A stretch of DNA of 64,000 bases, from NCBI GenBank assembly GCA_002633005.1, contig NMRA01000091.1, forward strand, positions 182,204 to 246,203, in the 5' to 3' direction. Both the position numbers and the translations under genes were made by a program. Origin of the DNA: Phoronis australis. Lineage: Eukaryota > Animalia > Phoronida. Positions 53,278 through 64,000 of the stretch are shown here, piece after piece. The notes beneath the pieces were generated by a model, which saw only the letters and a program-made list of their open reading frames with translations, ran no database searches and was not told the DNA's origin. Position 1 is the stretch's first letter. Each line of letters opens with the position of its first letter.

Positions 53278-56200
53278 ACCATCTCGATGAAAGTGTTTGA
53301 AGAAATTTGAAATCAATTTTATAATAGTTTGTAGTCTCAATTAAAAATTGTTTTTGTTGACGAAAGGTGGGTTTGTAGCCGCTTTAAGGTACAACGCTCA
53401 ATTAGATATATTTTTGTTCCCTCACGCTAAGGTAGTTTGTCGTTGGCAGATTACGATCTGGGTGCTAAAACGCCACACTTTACTAGGTTCTGCGATTACG
53501 TTTTCCGTTTGTTAACAAATCGTCTGTAACACGTAAGTAATTAACTGTGATGTTTTATTTTAGTTCCTTGTAAACTGAATGGTTTATTGCTGAGGTCACC
53601 AAGGGCAAACTAGGATCAATCATTCATCCAAGTAAACCACGATGTACTCCAGCACACAGTTTTGAATTCGCTAAACGGAAAATCTCAAAAAACATTCGAT
53701 TTTGAGTACAAACATACGACCCCGAGCCCCGATTTAAAAAATAGTGCGATCTTATGCGTCTGCTTTCGGCGCCATGAAATATTGCGTCACCTATTGGCGA
53801 GTTTCATTTTTTCGCCTATTCTTCAATCAACTGTTCTTCTTCCACGAGGTTGCGTACGTGTCACAAAAAATTATCGGACCTGGTTTCATTTGATTACAAG
53901 CTTTTAGTATTTTAATACCAGCAAACCAAACAAATTTTGCTGTTGCGAAGCTGTCATCATCTCCCGAGAGATGTCGCAAAATTTTAGGAAACGGCGCGTG
54001 CGCGTGATACGAAAGCCGGAGAATTACGCAAGAAAATGACGTTTGTAAGATTGTTTTTAACTTATACGGCTATAACGGGCAAAGTGAGTGTCGGTTGACT
54101 TCCAGATTTTGCATGCATCCCCGCCGGTCGTTAGCTCCACATTTTGATGCAAGTTTCACGGTGAGGTGACGAGCAGAACTATCCGGGCTGTGTGCAATTT
54201 TGGAGGTCTATCGGCGCTGAACACACAGTGGTACCTAGCTGCATTTTGACGATAGTCTTCATACAGCTAGCTGGCTGGCTAGTAGATTCCATACCAAATC
54301 GTACTAAACTGCTTCTCAAAACGAAGGTGGTCATATTTGGTACTAGATAAGCACAATACGACATTTCTAGCGTTTTCATCCTTTTATGCAATTAGTTTGT
54401 ACATGTATGTAAGGCCTATTTATGTATAAATGTGTGTGTTTTACATATGTAAATATTTCGTCACGCTGTATTGATCAACACGTGTTGGTATTGAAACTGA
54501 ATTAATGATTTCTCTGAATGTGGGCTTTCAGGTCGGTCGTTAACCTTTTAACTATTCCCTGTTGATCTGTTAAATGACCTGATGTAATATGCTTAAGTAG
54601 AAATGTCTACGTTTGCAGTTGATTAGAGACCTGATAGACAACTTGCCCTTAGTAAAAACTTTGTAAAAGCCTATAATGTCCGGACTTTAGCACACTTGGT
54701 TTTTATCACTTTTAATTTTTTAGGAAATAGCCCGACAATTTACGAATAGTATACAATCTACATTAAAACGATCATTTCAGCTTTTTGTCTAATGAAGTGT
54801 ATGTTTTTTGGTATTGTAAAATTTCCCTGTGTGCATTCTATGGATGAGGTGATAATCTAAAAGACCTCCGCTGCGTACTGTAGACCACAAAACATTAACT
54901 TGCACTTGGGGCGAATAATCTGGTGTGGAAAGGAAACAGAGAATTCAAAATCACAATCCAACATTATAAACTCGCCGACCATTTTACCAGAATCTGCTCG
55001 TGAGCTCCCGCAAAATACTCACTTTTCACTCTTGTGATTTACGAGGTCTTGTGAGATTATGGTTTTCTCGCAAGAAGCTTTAGCTGTGTTTACCGAACGC
55101 TCTCCCGGTCTCATTGGGTTTCGTAAGGGTCATCCTATTTCAAATGTAACACATAGTTTTCGTGAAATCTGTAATTGCCGCATGTCTTGTTTTTAGTGTT
55201 GACATGTGAAGCACGTTTGGCGTCAACACTATTCATCCAACAAACAAATTCTAACCGATATTCACCTTTAAAATATTGATTGTCAAGTATATTTAGGTCA
55301 TCCGTGTTTCATACGTGTTTATCCAGGGCTGTCATTTTTATTTCTCCAGGCGATTGGCTGAACTAACCACTTATCCTAATGCTTTTGGACTTCTTCAGCG
55401 ATGGCCAGTTTTGTAAATAAAGATTATTAAGTCTCTCAACCCAATTTCATAATGAGTGTTCTGTGAAGTAAAGACACCAAAATTTAGTGTTGAGTCTCAA
55501 ACTTTTAAAATATGTCTGCAACTTTTCCTACACAGAGTCGAATTTCTTTCACTTTCTAATTATTATGTTACTGCGTGACAACAAAGGATGTACGGCAAGG
55601 CTTTTTCAGCTTAAAGAACCTTTTTTATTCATGGAAAAAGAGTATTTATTTAAAGTGCATAAAACCAAGTTACTATATTATCAGTGTCATTAAATATTCC
55701 TTTAGAGCATTGCATATCAAGTTAATGTCTCAAAAACAACAAAATAGGAGAAAGGGGACTTAAATTGAACGTTTCTTAGTTTCACGGACTAAGTGTGACG
55801 TAAAAACTAACCCAGCGCCAGTGTGTCATGCTCACCAATGCGCGAGGTTCTTGTGCAAACAAGTGCCATATCCGCGCTTCTCTGGTGTCCTTCGAGAAAT
55901 TGAAAAGAGCCACAGTGTGTTTATACTGAATTGTCAAACCACCACAAACGCAACGCCTCAGCACTCGTTATTATATCATAAAACAGAGGAAAAGTAGCTG
56001 CAACACCTGACGACTTATCACACTGAACACAACGGAGGGTGACTAATGCTGTGATTGGGTGTCTCGATTCCATGTAGAATATACATCGACCAATAAATGT
56101 TCGTATGTCGAGATCAGCTAATGAACATTTCGTCAGATAGTGTTTGCGGGTGATCTAATTTGACAGCTAATCTACAGATGGGGTTGTTCTTGGTGTTTTG

Positions 56201-58937
56201 TTATGGAATTAGTGATTTAAGCTATTTAGGAGTTGTTACTCGTGGCCTTGAGTTGGAACTGTTGATATCTTTTTTTACAAATTTCCATGACGTAGTCTCG
56301 CGTCTTTCCCCAACCTTTCATGTGATCTTGTCGTGTTCTCTCCCTTCGGCAAAGCGGGTGCCACCAATAAGAGCCTTTCATGTTTCATAGGACTATCCCG
56401 CCCCTCACCTCTGCTTTGTCATCATCTATGCTTCCTATGCGAGAGCGTGAACGTGGCAAACGACAAACCCGAGTAGAGCGACATTCAAAGGAAGTATATG
56501 CTACAGTAACCCAATTTTCTCCAATGAATTACGAGCATCAAACTGGTTCTCAAAATCCGAAACCTCTTAAAGTCCTGGTCTCAAACTGCCCATGTGGTTC
56601 CAGTATCCGAAAATACTTACCACATAAAATCTTGTTTTTCGACACCCTTTCTTTATATACTTTTCGCCGTTCTTGCCAAAAGCGATTTTTTAACAGTATT
56701 TGACCCTTCTCTGTGAGCGTATAATTACCGGCTGTCGTCGGTTATTTCCGCACTCACATTTCCGGCTCATCAGTTCAGGAACTTTTGGTGGCACTGAATA
56801 GTTAGGTTGTGGCCGCGGTCAATTTGCACTCCCAAAATGTTAAAATCTAGGGCTAGGCCAGGCTTGGGGGCATTTTTCAATTAGGTATTGTGTGTAGGCC
56901 AAGTGAATGTTTTTTTGTTGTATTTGTGAACATGCTGGGAATGAAAAAAGGCCAGTTTCTCGGCTGTAGCTGCACTCTTCTTCAAGATGGTGGCCCCCTG
57001 TTGCAGTTGTGCATTGCTGTGTAGCAACTGAGAAATTGGCCGCGATTTCAGGTAGCCCTCAAACAAGCCAGATTTGCAAAAAAACTAGTTGGTTGACAGT
57101 ACTTTTGGACCACATTTTTGGAATCGGTAGGAAATTTGCTTTCGGAATCTAATGTTGGCTTTAGTCGAGCATCGGCAGGAAAGTGGTGATTTTGGGGTGA
57201 AAAGTGCCGATTTTGCATTTTTTTGCCCTCATTTTTCTTAGTTCGGCTTGGTTTCCACTGGGAGTGAATGGGTCAAAAATACAAGAGAGAATAAAGTTTC
57301 TGTGCTCATCTGTAGGGCTTGTGATGTGAAATGACTCAAAACATTTCCTTATTTGCATGTAGTTTTGGACAAAGTGAAGAAAGGGTGAAGAGTGCATTGA
57401 CGTGTGTTCTGACAGGCAAACCCCTGTGAGAACTGTTCTGTGCCCCCTGTCCTGAACGCCGCCATGTTTTCCTTGTAACTGAATGTGTTATCGCTTGCTC
57501 GAAAAGTCTTTATTATTTTGTTTTATTAGTAATATCTCGTGATTCGTTTGTGTGTTTAGAGTATTTATAGTTTGTAGTTAGTGGTCGTTGAATTTTTTGG
57601 AGTGTTACGCGTACGTATTGTGTTAAAATAGCATTGGTGTTCAGTTCCTTACGTAGGGCGGTCGAACCTAAGACCTAGGAACCAATATGAGTCGAACCAA
57701 TTTTTTCCGTTTTGATTTTTTTCTCGTTTTGAAAAAACGCTTTGCTATCATCGGAAAGGTAGTGCATTCTACTCAGTAAAATTCGAAAAAGTATCAAAAT
57801 CGGAGCAAGCAGTGTAAAGTTATTGCAATATTTGTGGCGAAATTTGGGTCACTTTGTTTGGATCGCGTCGGCCATATTGGAGGACAGCGGTATAAGTTAC
57901 GAGTTAAGAAATTTGTGTAAATTGTTTTCGCCAACAATTTACGGTGAAATTTAATGAGACATATCTTTACTTACTATTCTGCACGATTTAACAGTGTTCA
58001 CCAAATTTCATTCTCGTAGTTGTTACTCATTAAGTGATAATGTGCTCACAATTCCCGTTGGACTTGTCTTATTTCTGGCGGCACCGACAACATGGCGTCT
58101 TTTGCTGAACTGGAAGGCAAGTTCAACCTGTTACTTTGTAATTTGTGAAGATTTAACGTTGACAAACGTTGCTACAAAAAGGAACTTTGTTCAATTTTCG
58201 TGTTTTTGGTGCAAAAACATAAGATAATTCGAATTATTTTACTGTGGATTTCCCATTCAGGTGATCTTACACTAAGCTAAAAAAATAGTTGAAATAATTT
58301 TGAAATGTTTTTTGTTTGACTATCAACTGCTGTTCAAGGCTTGAATTGGTGTCACAAAATGATTCATATTTTTCTAAATGTTAAGTCTCAATTGCTTTCA
58401 AGTCATGTTTTGTAACTTATTGCTTCTTAATTCAGGTTATCAAGTCAACTATATGAATAATCTTAATTTTGAGAAATAAGCTATGTTGGATTGTGAAGCT
58501 TCAAGCCTCCAATTCTTGTTCCTTGCAACTTCATATTTTTTAATCATGCTTGTCAAACTCTGGTGTAAGGAAACACAATTCGGTCACCATGGTAATAGTT
58601 ACATGTATGTCCACTTTCGTATCGTGAAAACATTTGCTGTTGAATAGCGTTTATAATGCTAAATGTTGTAAAGTTTTGTGCATTTTAAGTTACTTATTAC
58701 GTTAAAAGGTTGAATCATTTTGGCTTAATGAATAAAAAAGGATGACATTTTGTATTGGACTTGTCATACTTATGTGCTCGAACTAGCCCCCTATTTGGAG
58801 AAATGGAAAAAGGTCTGTCTCAGTCAGAGAAGCACAAACTCCGAAAAAAGTAGAAAACGAGACGATGTTCCACTAGAAGGCAGGAAGTACCCAGTGAATC
58901 TTATAGTAAAAGATGGACATTCCCAAAAATTCCAGCC

Positions 58938-59082
58938 CAGTGGCGGATTTAGAGGGGGTCCGTGGCCTCCCCTAAAATTCTCCCAGATTACATTTGGCAG
59001 TTCGGGGGTGCAAATGTCTGACGGGAAAATCCTGGCTATTACTCTGTCCTGTCCCTAACTCAAAATCCTGGATCCGCCCCTG
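58938..59082 (-). mobile_element. hAT-like MITE, internally deleted copy of the 33596-33932 family
   Basis: TIR CAGTGGCGGAT / ATCCGCCCCTG. The minus strand joins the left ~55 bp and right ~90 bp of the long copy. Confidence 0.8.
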
Positions 59083-59989
59083 CAACCCTCCATTTTTTAA
59101 GCTTGGTGCGCTCATACAAAGTCTGGGAAAATCTCTGGTGAAAGCCAACAAATTTGCACAGTTCGCCAGAAGTACCCAAGTTCTAAATAAACCTAGTTTG
59201 AGCGAGCGCTGTGGCCAGCGACCAGGTAGGCCTAAGGGTAACCTTGGCCCAAAGCTGTATGGGCCTACTAACAAGCTAGCTGTATTTTGACGGTAGTCTT
59301 CATTCTGGAAGCTCGCACTGAGGCTAGCTAAGGGCTGCCGCGGCAGTGTGACACAGGATTAACTAGCCCGTAATTTTATGCAAGTGTCGGAAACTACCTT
59401 TGAATATATAAGGCATTTATGATTTGAACATTTTACTTCGACAAAACAGCTTGCAACCGCATGCCTTTACCGTTCGCCAGGGTCTTGTCTCGATCCGCAC
59501 CGGGTCCGATAGGCTGCTGTCCCGAGTCCGGCAAAATAATTTCTGTCAAAATTTATTCGCCACATTTCTTCAGCAAATTCGATAAAATTGTCCGTATTTT
59601 GATTCTATTAAAATTAAGGCGCGATGTCGATTATTTTAGCCCCGTTTGCAGGCTGGTAACAGGTACTCGTCCATTCACACTGACGGCGTTTTCTGAGCGG
59701 CTAGCCTGGGTTCCTGATTGAATTGTACTCAGTTCCGGGTTCGCGGCAAGTTCAAAATGGCGGTCGTTCTTCGGGTGCGAATCGTGAGTGGCGCGTTCAT
59801 GTAATTTTTTTTCGAGTACGGATCGTGTATTAGTTATGGGATAAGTACTTCTTGGATCCTTATAACATCCTCTAACCATGTAATAAGGGTTAACAACGTG
59901 TGAGATCAGGACCTTAAGCTACTATTGCAGTCTAATTGTTCACGGCTTCTAGATATTTGTTGCTTAATCACGAACTGGAATTAGACGTA

Positions 59990-60740
59990 TCACTTGAAGA
60001 TATTAATGATTTCTGACACAACTGATGATTGTCGTGGTTAATTATGTAGATACGGTTATTTCTCCTGATATCTTTGACACATGTTCTCAGGTCGTCTCTT
60101 CAGTTTGCATTGACACCCTCATGTCATATCAATTTCCGCGATATAATGTATCTCAAGTTCACCATTGTCCACTGCCATTATATTATGTGGCTGGACTTAG
60201 AAATAGGCGAACTATTGCTGGTAATCAAAAGAACGGTGCATGCTATTTTAGTTCTTATTTAATAGGATACTACGGTAAGCCTTGTTTTGATGATTTCCAT
60301 CAATCCTCGTTCTGTCACCTGTTAATGCATCCTTGTGTCAATCTTTCAAGTTTAACGCAGCAATCAATTAAAAGCTCTACATATTCCCCGTCATATTGGT
60401 CATTGTGGTCCTTTTTGGTGGTCTATTCCCACATTTGCCATGTAATTTGCTAAAAGCGTAGGTCACGCATGCTCGTTTAGCAGACTTTGAAAGGAGTTTC
60501 AACATTTTCCTCCAATCTTTTGAGGGTTTTCTAGGGTTCCAGAGGATTACCTTGTTATAGAAAACTGGATGGGAACGTCCTTTTTAGTATCTGTTAACAG
60601 GCCAAAACCAGGTTTGGTATCCTTTTAAGCAACTTGGCAGCTGAGTGTTATCGTGAGCGTCTAGGTTAGTGACTGCCTGAAGTGAAGCCCTAAGATACAT
60701 CGCATCTCATGAAGTGTTTGCTTTATGGAGTACTTATTCA
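59990..60740 (-). pseudogene. Highly decayed Ty3/Gypsy pol remnant (RNase H to integrase zinc finger)
   Basis: Minus-strand motifs occur in the expected order across stops and frameshifts: KVILWNPRKP (~V..TDHKP), KLLSKSAKR (~KPL..APKR), LMEIIK-QGLP (~L..II..GWP), FDYQQ (~YW.YRDEL), HEGV (~H.G), IISC. Recognised by eye. Confidence 0.5.
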
Positions 60741-60833
60741 AATGGATCACATAGGCTTCTTGTTTGGGATTAAGATGATGTTCCGTATGTGTTTCGGCGA
60801 TTTCCAACGTTATAAAATATCATTCATCAGATA

Positions 60834-60888
60834 ATAGATAGTGATATTGTTAAATACATAGATAGATTGTGATATTGTTAAATACATA
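60834..60888. repeat. 28-bp period tandem duplication
   Basis: GTGATATTGTTAAATACATA at 60841 and 60869. Confidence 0.9.
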
Positions 60889-62004
60889 CTTACGCTTTGA
60901 AGAGAAGATAGGATTTTCCAGAGAAATGTTGAATACTCAAGTTTGACGAGCTTGAACCCAGCTATATTGTACTGTGGGTTTCTGGTTCACATGTGTGTGA
61001 ATTGACAAACACAGGCAATTAGGCTACGTTGTGAGCTTTGTTTCAGGTACAAGAATTACTGTGATCTGCATTCGCAAATATGTGTGAAAATTACAATTTT
61101 TGTTAGCGTGCGTGGTTCCTCGGCCACATGTGCGACTGTATGCTCCATTTTTATCGATATAACCGTGTCCGCGTGTGGACTACGTGGGGCTCGACCCGTT
61201 TTCCGCTTGGACGCCAGATCTCACGAAGACAAAGCAGAAAACATGTCGCCAAATCTGACATTTTACGAGTCCGCACACAGACTGAAGGGGTCCGTTATGT
61301 TGGTGTTCAAAATTTAAAGTCTAAACCCATGAAATATTAAAATGTCATATATAATCTTGTAATTGTGTCGTCAATTAATACGCAAGTGATGTTTTGTGTT
61401 TCAGTATAAGTGTGCATATTAGAACCGGTTTATGTGGCACAAAAGAATTCGATGAACTTAAATTCAAAACATGATTTGAAGTCAATAAATTAGCCCATTG
61501 AGATACATTGTGAAAGCGGTTAAGATATTTTAAGTGATAACATATTTTTGTGTTGTTGCTATGGATTAAAAACTGTAGCTCCTCATTTGCCAGTTAATAC
61601 AATTCTTGTTTCACTTGCTCTCCCAATAAATAAATGGACTTGAGTGCGGAATCCGTAGGAAACCCATCAGTTGGTGATTGTCGAGTGAATGCCGTTGCTT
61701 TCAACAATCGTATGTTCTTTCCTCAGTAACATTTCTGTGATAAAACGTAATCATGCTTATGGTTGTAACATAACATAAAACGTGAATGAGAACCAACGAA
61801 CACAGCATTTGTATGTGTTAAAGGGAGACAAGAGACTGCTACAGACGATGTCGTTCATGTATCTACAGGGCTACATTGGTCTATATACCCGTTGCCCCGG
61901 CATGGAGACAACATGACCTGAAATGTTTCTCGTTCAGATGGTCATACATTGAACATTTCTGTAGCGAATTGGGGAGTTAAAAATAAAGTGGTTCCCATTC
62001 TTTT

Positions 62005-62031
62005 GCTGATTTATTTCTTCTCTATTTTCAG
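62005..62031 (+). promoter_or_regulatory. 3' splice site (branch point, polypyrimidine tract, CAG) of the receptor's coding exon
   Basis: GCTGATTTATTTCTTCTCTATTTTCAG|GTTG. The exon would start at 62032, 48 nt before the ATG. Confidence 0.8.
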
Positions 62032-62071
62032 GTTGTTAGTCAATAATCGAACTGCCCTGGTGATACCGCCG

Positions 62072-62083
62072 ATGCCGCAATGA
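62072..62083 (+). promoter_or_regulatory. Minimal uORF (Met-Pro-Gln-stop) overlapping the receptor start codon
   Basis: ATG CCG CAA TGA. The main ATG (62080-62082) overlaps the TGA (62081-62083). Confidence 0.6.
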
Positions 62084-63594
62084 GTGGTGTGTTTGAAAGA
62101 ACGACTGGGAAGACTCCTGGTGGTGGAAACAAGAGTCCAGTTTACCAGGCAGAGGTTGGCACGATGGAACATTTCAATGTGCAATCGTTTGGATATGACG
62201 ATTTCAGTTTCAACTGTACCGCCTTTTTCTGTCTCAACATTTCGGAGGGTGGAGTGAATAACACAAACCAAACCGTCCTAAAAAATGAGACCACAGAATT
62301 TCAACTGAAGCCATATAGCCAAGAGCATCTTATTGTTGCATCGACGTTACTCGGGCTGCTCATTATCTCTACGATCATAGGCAACATTCTGGTTATCGCT
62401 GCAATAATAATTGAGAAAAACTTAAAGGGCGTGGCCAACTACCTTATCATGAGTTTGGCGTTCACTGATTGTGCCGTATCAATATTTGTCATGCCCCTAG
62501 CGGTTATAAACGAAGTTAGCCAGGTGTGGTTTTTGGGAAAAGCAGTTTGCGAATTGTTTATATCAATGGACGTGTTACTGTGCACAGCTAGTATACTTCA
62601 TCTAGTTGTTATCGCCTTAGACAGGTATCTGGCGGTCACTCGTGTAGACTATATGAGAAATCGAACGGCAAAGCGTATCAAAATCATGATATTAATAGTG
62701 TGGGTCATATCTGTGTTTATATCCATTCCGCCCCTGTTTGGTTGGAAGGACCCTGAGAACAACGCAGATATTACCGGCCTCTGTATCATATCTCAAGACA
62801 AGATCTACACAGTGTACTCCACCGGCTGCGCCTTCTATCTCCCGTTTGCTCTGATCATGGTTATCTACTATAAAATTTGGCGCGCTGCCAGGTCGCGAAT
62901 ACGCAAAAAGGTTTTCAAGCCAAAGAATGGAAGCGTCATTAGGGATGACGACAATTCCCTCGTTACTGACTTGGCGACGGATGGCGCAACAGTGTCGACC
63001 TACCTTCCAGGGCCCAGCGTGGCATTGCTGAAGCAAAATGGCGGAAGTGCCATTAAAAATATAGAAGACAATCCGTTGCATAATAATAAAGAAAACCAGG
63101 ATCATTTATCTGAAAAAGATTCCTCTCCTAGCGGATCTATAAGCCAGGACAGTAATGGCAATGTTCCATCGCCGCTATCGCCTCTTTCTCAAACGTCTTC
63201 AACCCCTTTGGCACCAGCGGTGCCTGCGTCTCCGTCGAAATCCAGACCTAGCGTGGACTTTTCAAACTCGCTTAAGTCTGTCAAACTCTTCATTAAGAAA
63301 TCCCCAAAGGAGAAACATAGAGACAAACTAGAGCAAAAACGGGAACGTAAAGCGGCGCGAACGCTAGCTATCATCACAGGTTGCTTTTGTGTGTGTTGGT
63401 TCCCTTTCTTCGTCCTGGCTTTGATCTCGCCGTTTTGTGGTGAAAACTGTCATGTCCCTGACGCCGCCAGGTCGATTATAAACTGGTTAGGTTATGCAAA
63501 TAGCCTGCTTAACCCCGTTATATATACAATATTCAGTCCAGACTTTAGAAATGCCTTCAGAAAGATACTGCTGGGCAAATTCAGCCGACGGTAA
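62080..63594 (+). CDS. 5-HT1: 5-HT1-type (5-HT1A-like) serotonin receptor, class A GPCR, 504 aa, uninterrupted CDS
   Basis: Seven hydrophobic segments. Motifs: GN (TM1), NYLIMSLAFTD (TM2), DVLLCTASILHL with D3.32 and DRY (TM3), ISIPPLFGW (TM4), CIISQD (ECL2), YSTGCAFYLP with S5.42/T5.43/A5.46, a long ICL3 ending RERKAARTL, CWFPFF, WLGYANSLLNPVIYTIFSPDFR, and a short C-tail. Five N-terminal sequons (NCT, NIS, NNT, NQT, NET). Confidence 0.96.
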   Translation: MSGVFERTTGKTPGGGNKSPVYQAEVGTMEHFNVQSFGYDDFSFNCTAFFCLNISEGGVNNTNQTVLKNETTEFQLKPYSQEHLIVASTLLGLLIISTIIGNILVIAAIIIEKNLKGVANYLIMSLAFTDCAVSIFVMPLAVINEVSQVWFLGKAVCELFISMDVLLCTASILHLVVIALDRYLAVTRVDYMRNRTAKRIKIMILIVWVISVFISIPPLFGWKDPENNADITGLCIISQDKIYTVYSTGCAFYLPFALIMVIYYKIWRAARSRIRKKVFKPKNGSVIRDDDNSLVTDLATDGATVSTYLPGPSVALLKQNGGSAIKNIEDNPLHNNKENQDHLSEKDSSPSGSISQDSNGNVPSPLSPLSQTSSTPLAPAVPASPSKSRPSVDFSNSLKSVKLFIKKSPKEKHRDKLEQKRERKAARTLAIITGCFCVCWFPFFVLALISPFCGENCHVPDAARSIINWLGYANSLLNPVIYTIFSPDFRNAFRKILLGKFSRR

Positions 63595-64000
63595 CAACGT
63601 TTTCCGCGGAATTTTATTACCGTATGTTGTTCAGTGCTCTCACAAGATTGTCGGGTCCTGAACTTAACTTGTTTATTTGTTGAAATGTAGTGCCGCGTTT
63701 CAATCCCACTTTAACTTGTCTTTCGTGGCAACTGGAAAACGCGACTTTTGTAATCACTTGTAGTTCAACGTTCATTTTTTGAAAGAAAATAGTCATTTGT
63801 TTTACCGAGGTGTTGGTTCAGTGGCTTGCTAGTTTGCAATGAAAACCGAGAAACGTGGATCGAAATTGCCTAAGCTATTTAGGCAAGTAGCCCGCTGGAG
63901 TGAGAGGCCCGGCACTAACATGTCTGTATTGCCGATCGGCGAATTGCAATTGCATCAGTGTTAAGTATACTATTCCGTAAAACAATTCCTTGTGTACAAG

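Noticed and set aside
56700-59893. piggyBac-like element (TTGA-CCCTT ... AAGGG-TTAA)
   Set aside because: The inverted match is only ~5 bp. The interior looks TE-like but boundaries cannot be supported.
60025-60453. 142-aa plus-strand ORF
   Set aside because: No recognisable protein; it is antisense to the decayed Gypsy pol.
1-62000. The remaining 60-110 aa ORFs as genes of a novel multi-gene system
   Set aside because: Their lengths are what chance gives in six frames, many use non-ATG starts, and none shows a recognisable domain or coherent exon chain.
62692-63377. Minus-strand ORFs inside the receptor
   Set aside because: Antisense shadows of a real CDS.
62080-63594. Receptor as an octopamine/tyramine/dopamine receptor or a retro-pseudogene
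   Set aside because: A5.46 (not Ser), ISQD and RERKAARTL fit 5-HT1. The ORF is intact and has an upstream splice acceptor, and an uninterrupted CDS is common for this receptor class.
63813-63823. A-box-like TGGTTCAGTGG in the 3' region
   Set aside because: No B box downstream.

Overview
Eukaryotic, AT-rich genomic DNA, probably from a marine invertebrate (lophotrochozoan-like by receptor sequence and repeat style; inference). It has two assembly gaps (1500-2449, 37366-37499). There is one intact protein-coding region: a 504-aa, coding-intronless 5-HT1-type serotonin GPCR (62080-63594, +), preceded by a strong splice acceptor at 62031. The preceding ~62 kb is therefore intergenic DNA plus at least one 5'-UTR intron. 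That stretch is full of transposon remnants: hAT-like and TTAA (Kolobok-like) MITEs, a MULE-like element with a perfect 9-bp TSD, foldback elements, a tRNA-derived SINE, Helentron-like repeats, and decayed Kolobok-transposase and Gypsy-pol fragments. I see no CRISPR, rRNA, operon or convincing new multi-gene system. The most interesting signals are: (1) a vertebrate-5-HT1A-like TM7 (IINWLGY, Asn7.39) in an otherwise protostome-type receptor; (2) a 3-codon uORF whose stop overlaps the receptor ATG; (3) a foldback element with an atypical CAAG-end/5-bp-TSD signature next to candidate non-coding exons; (4) recurrent palindromes that look like transposon excision footprints. All homology calls are by-eye motif recognition; no searches were run.
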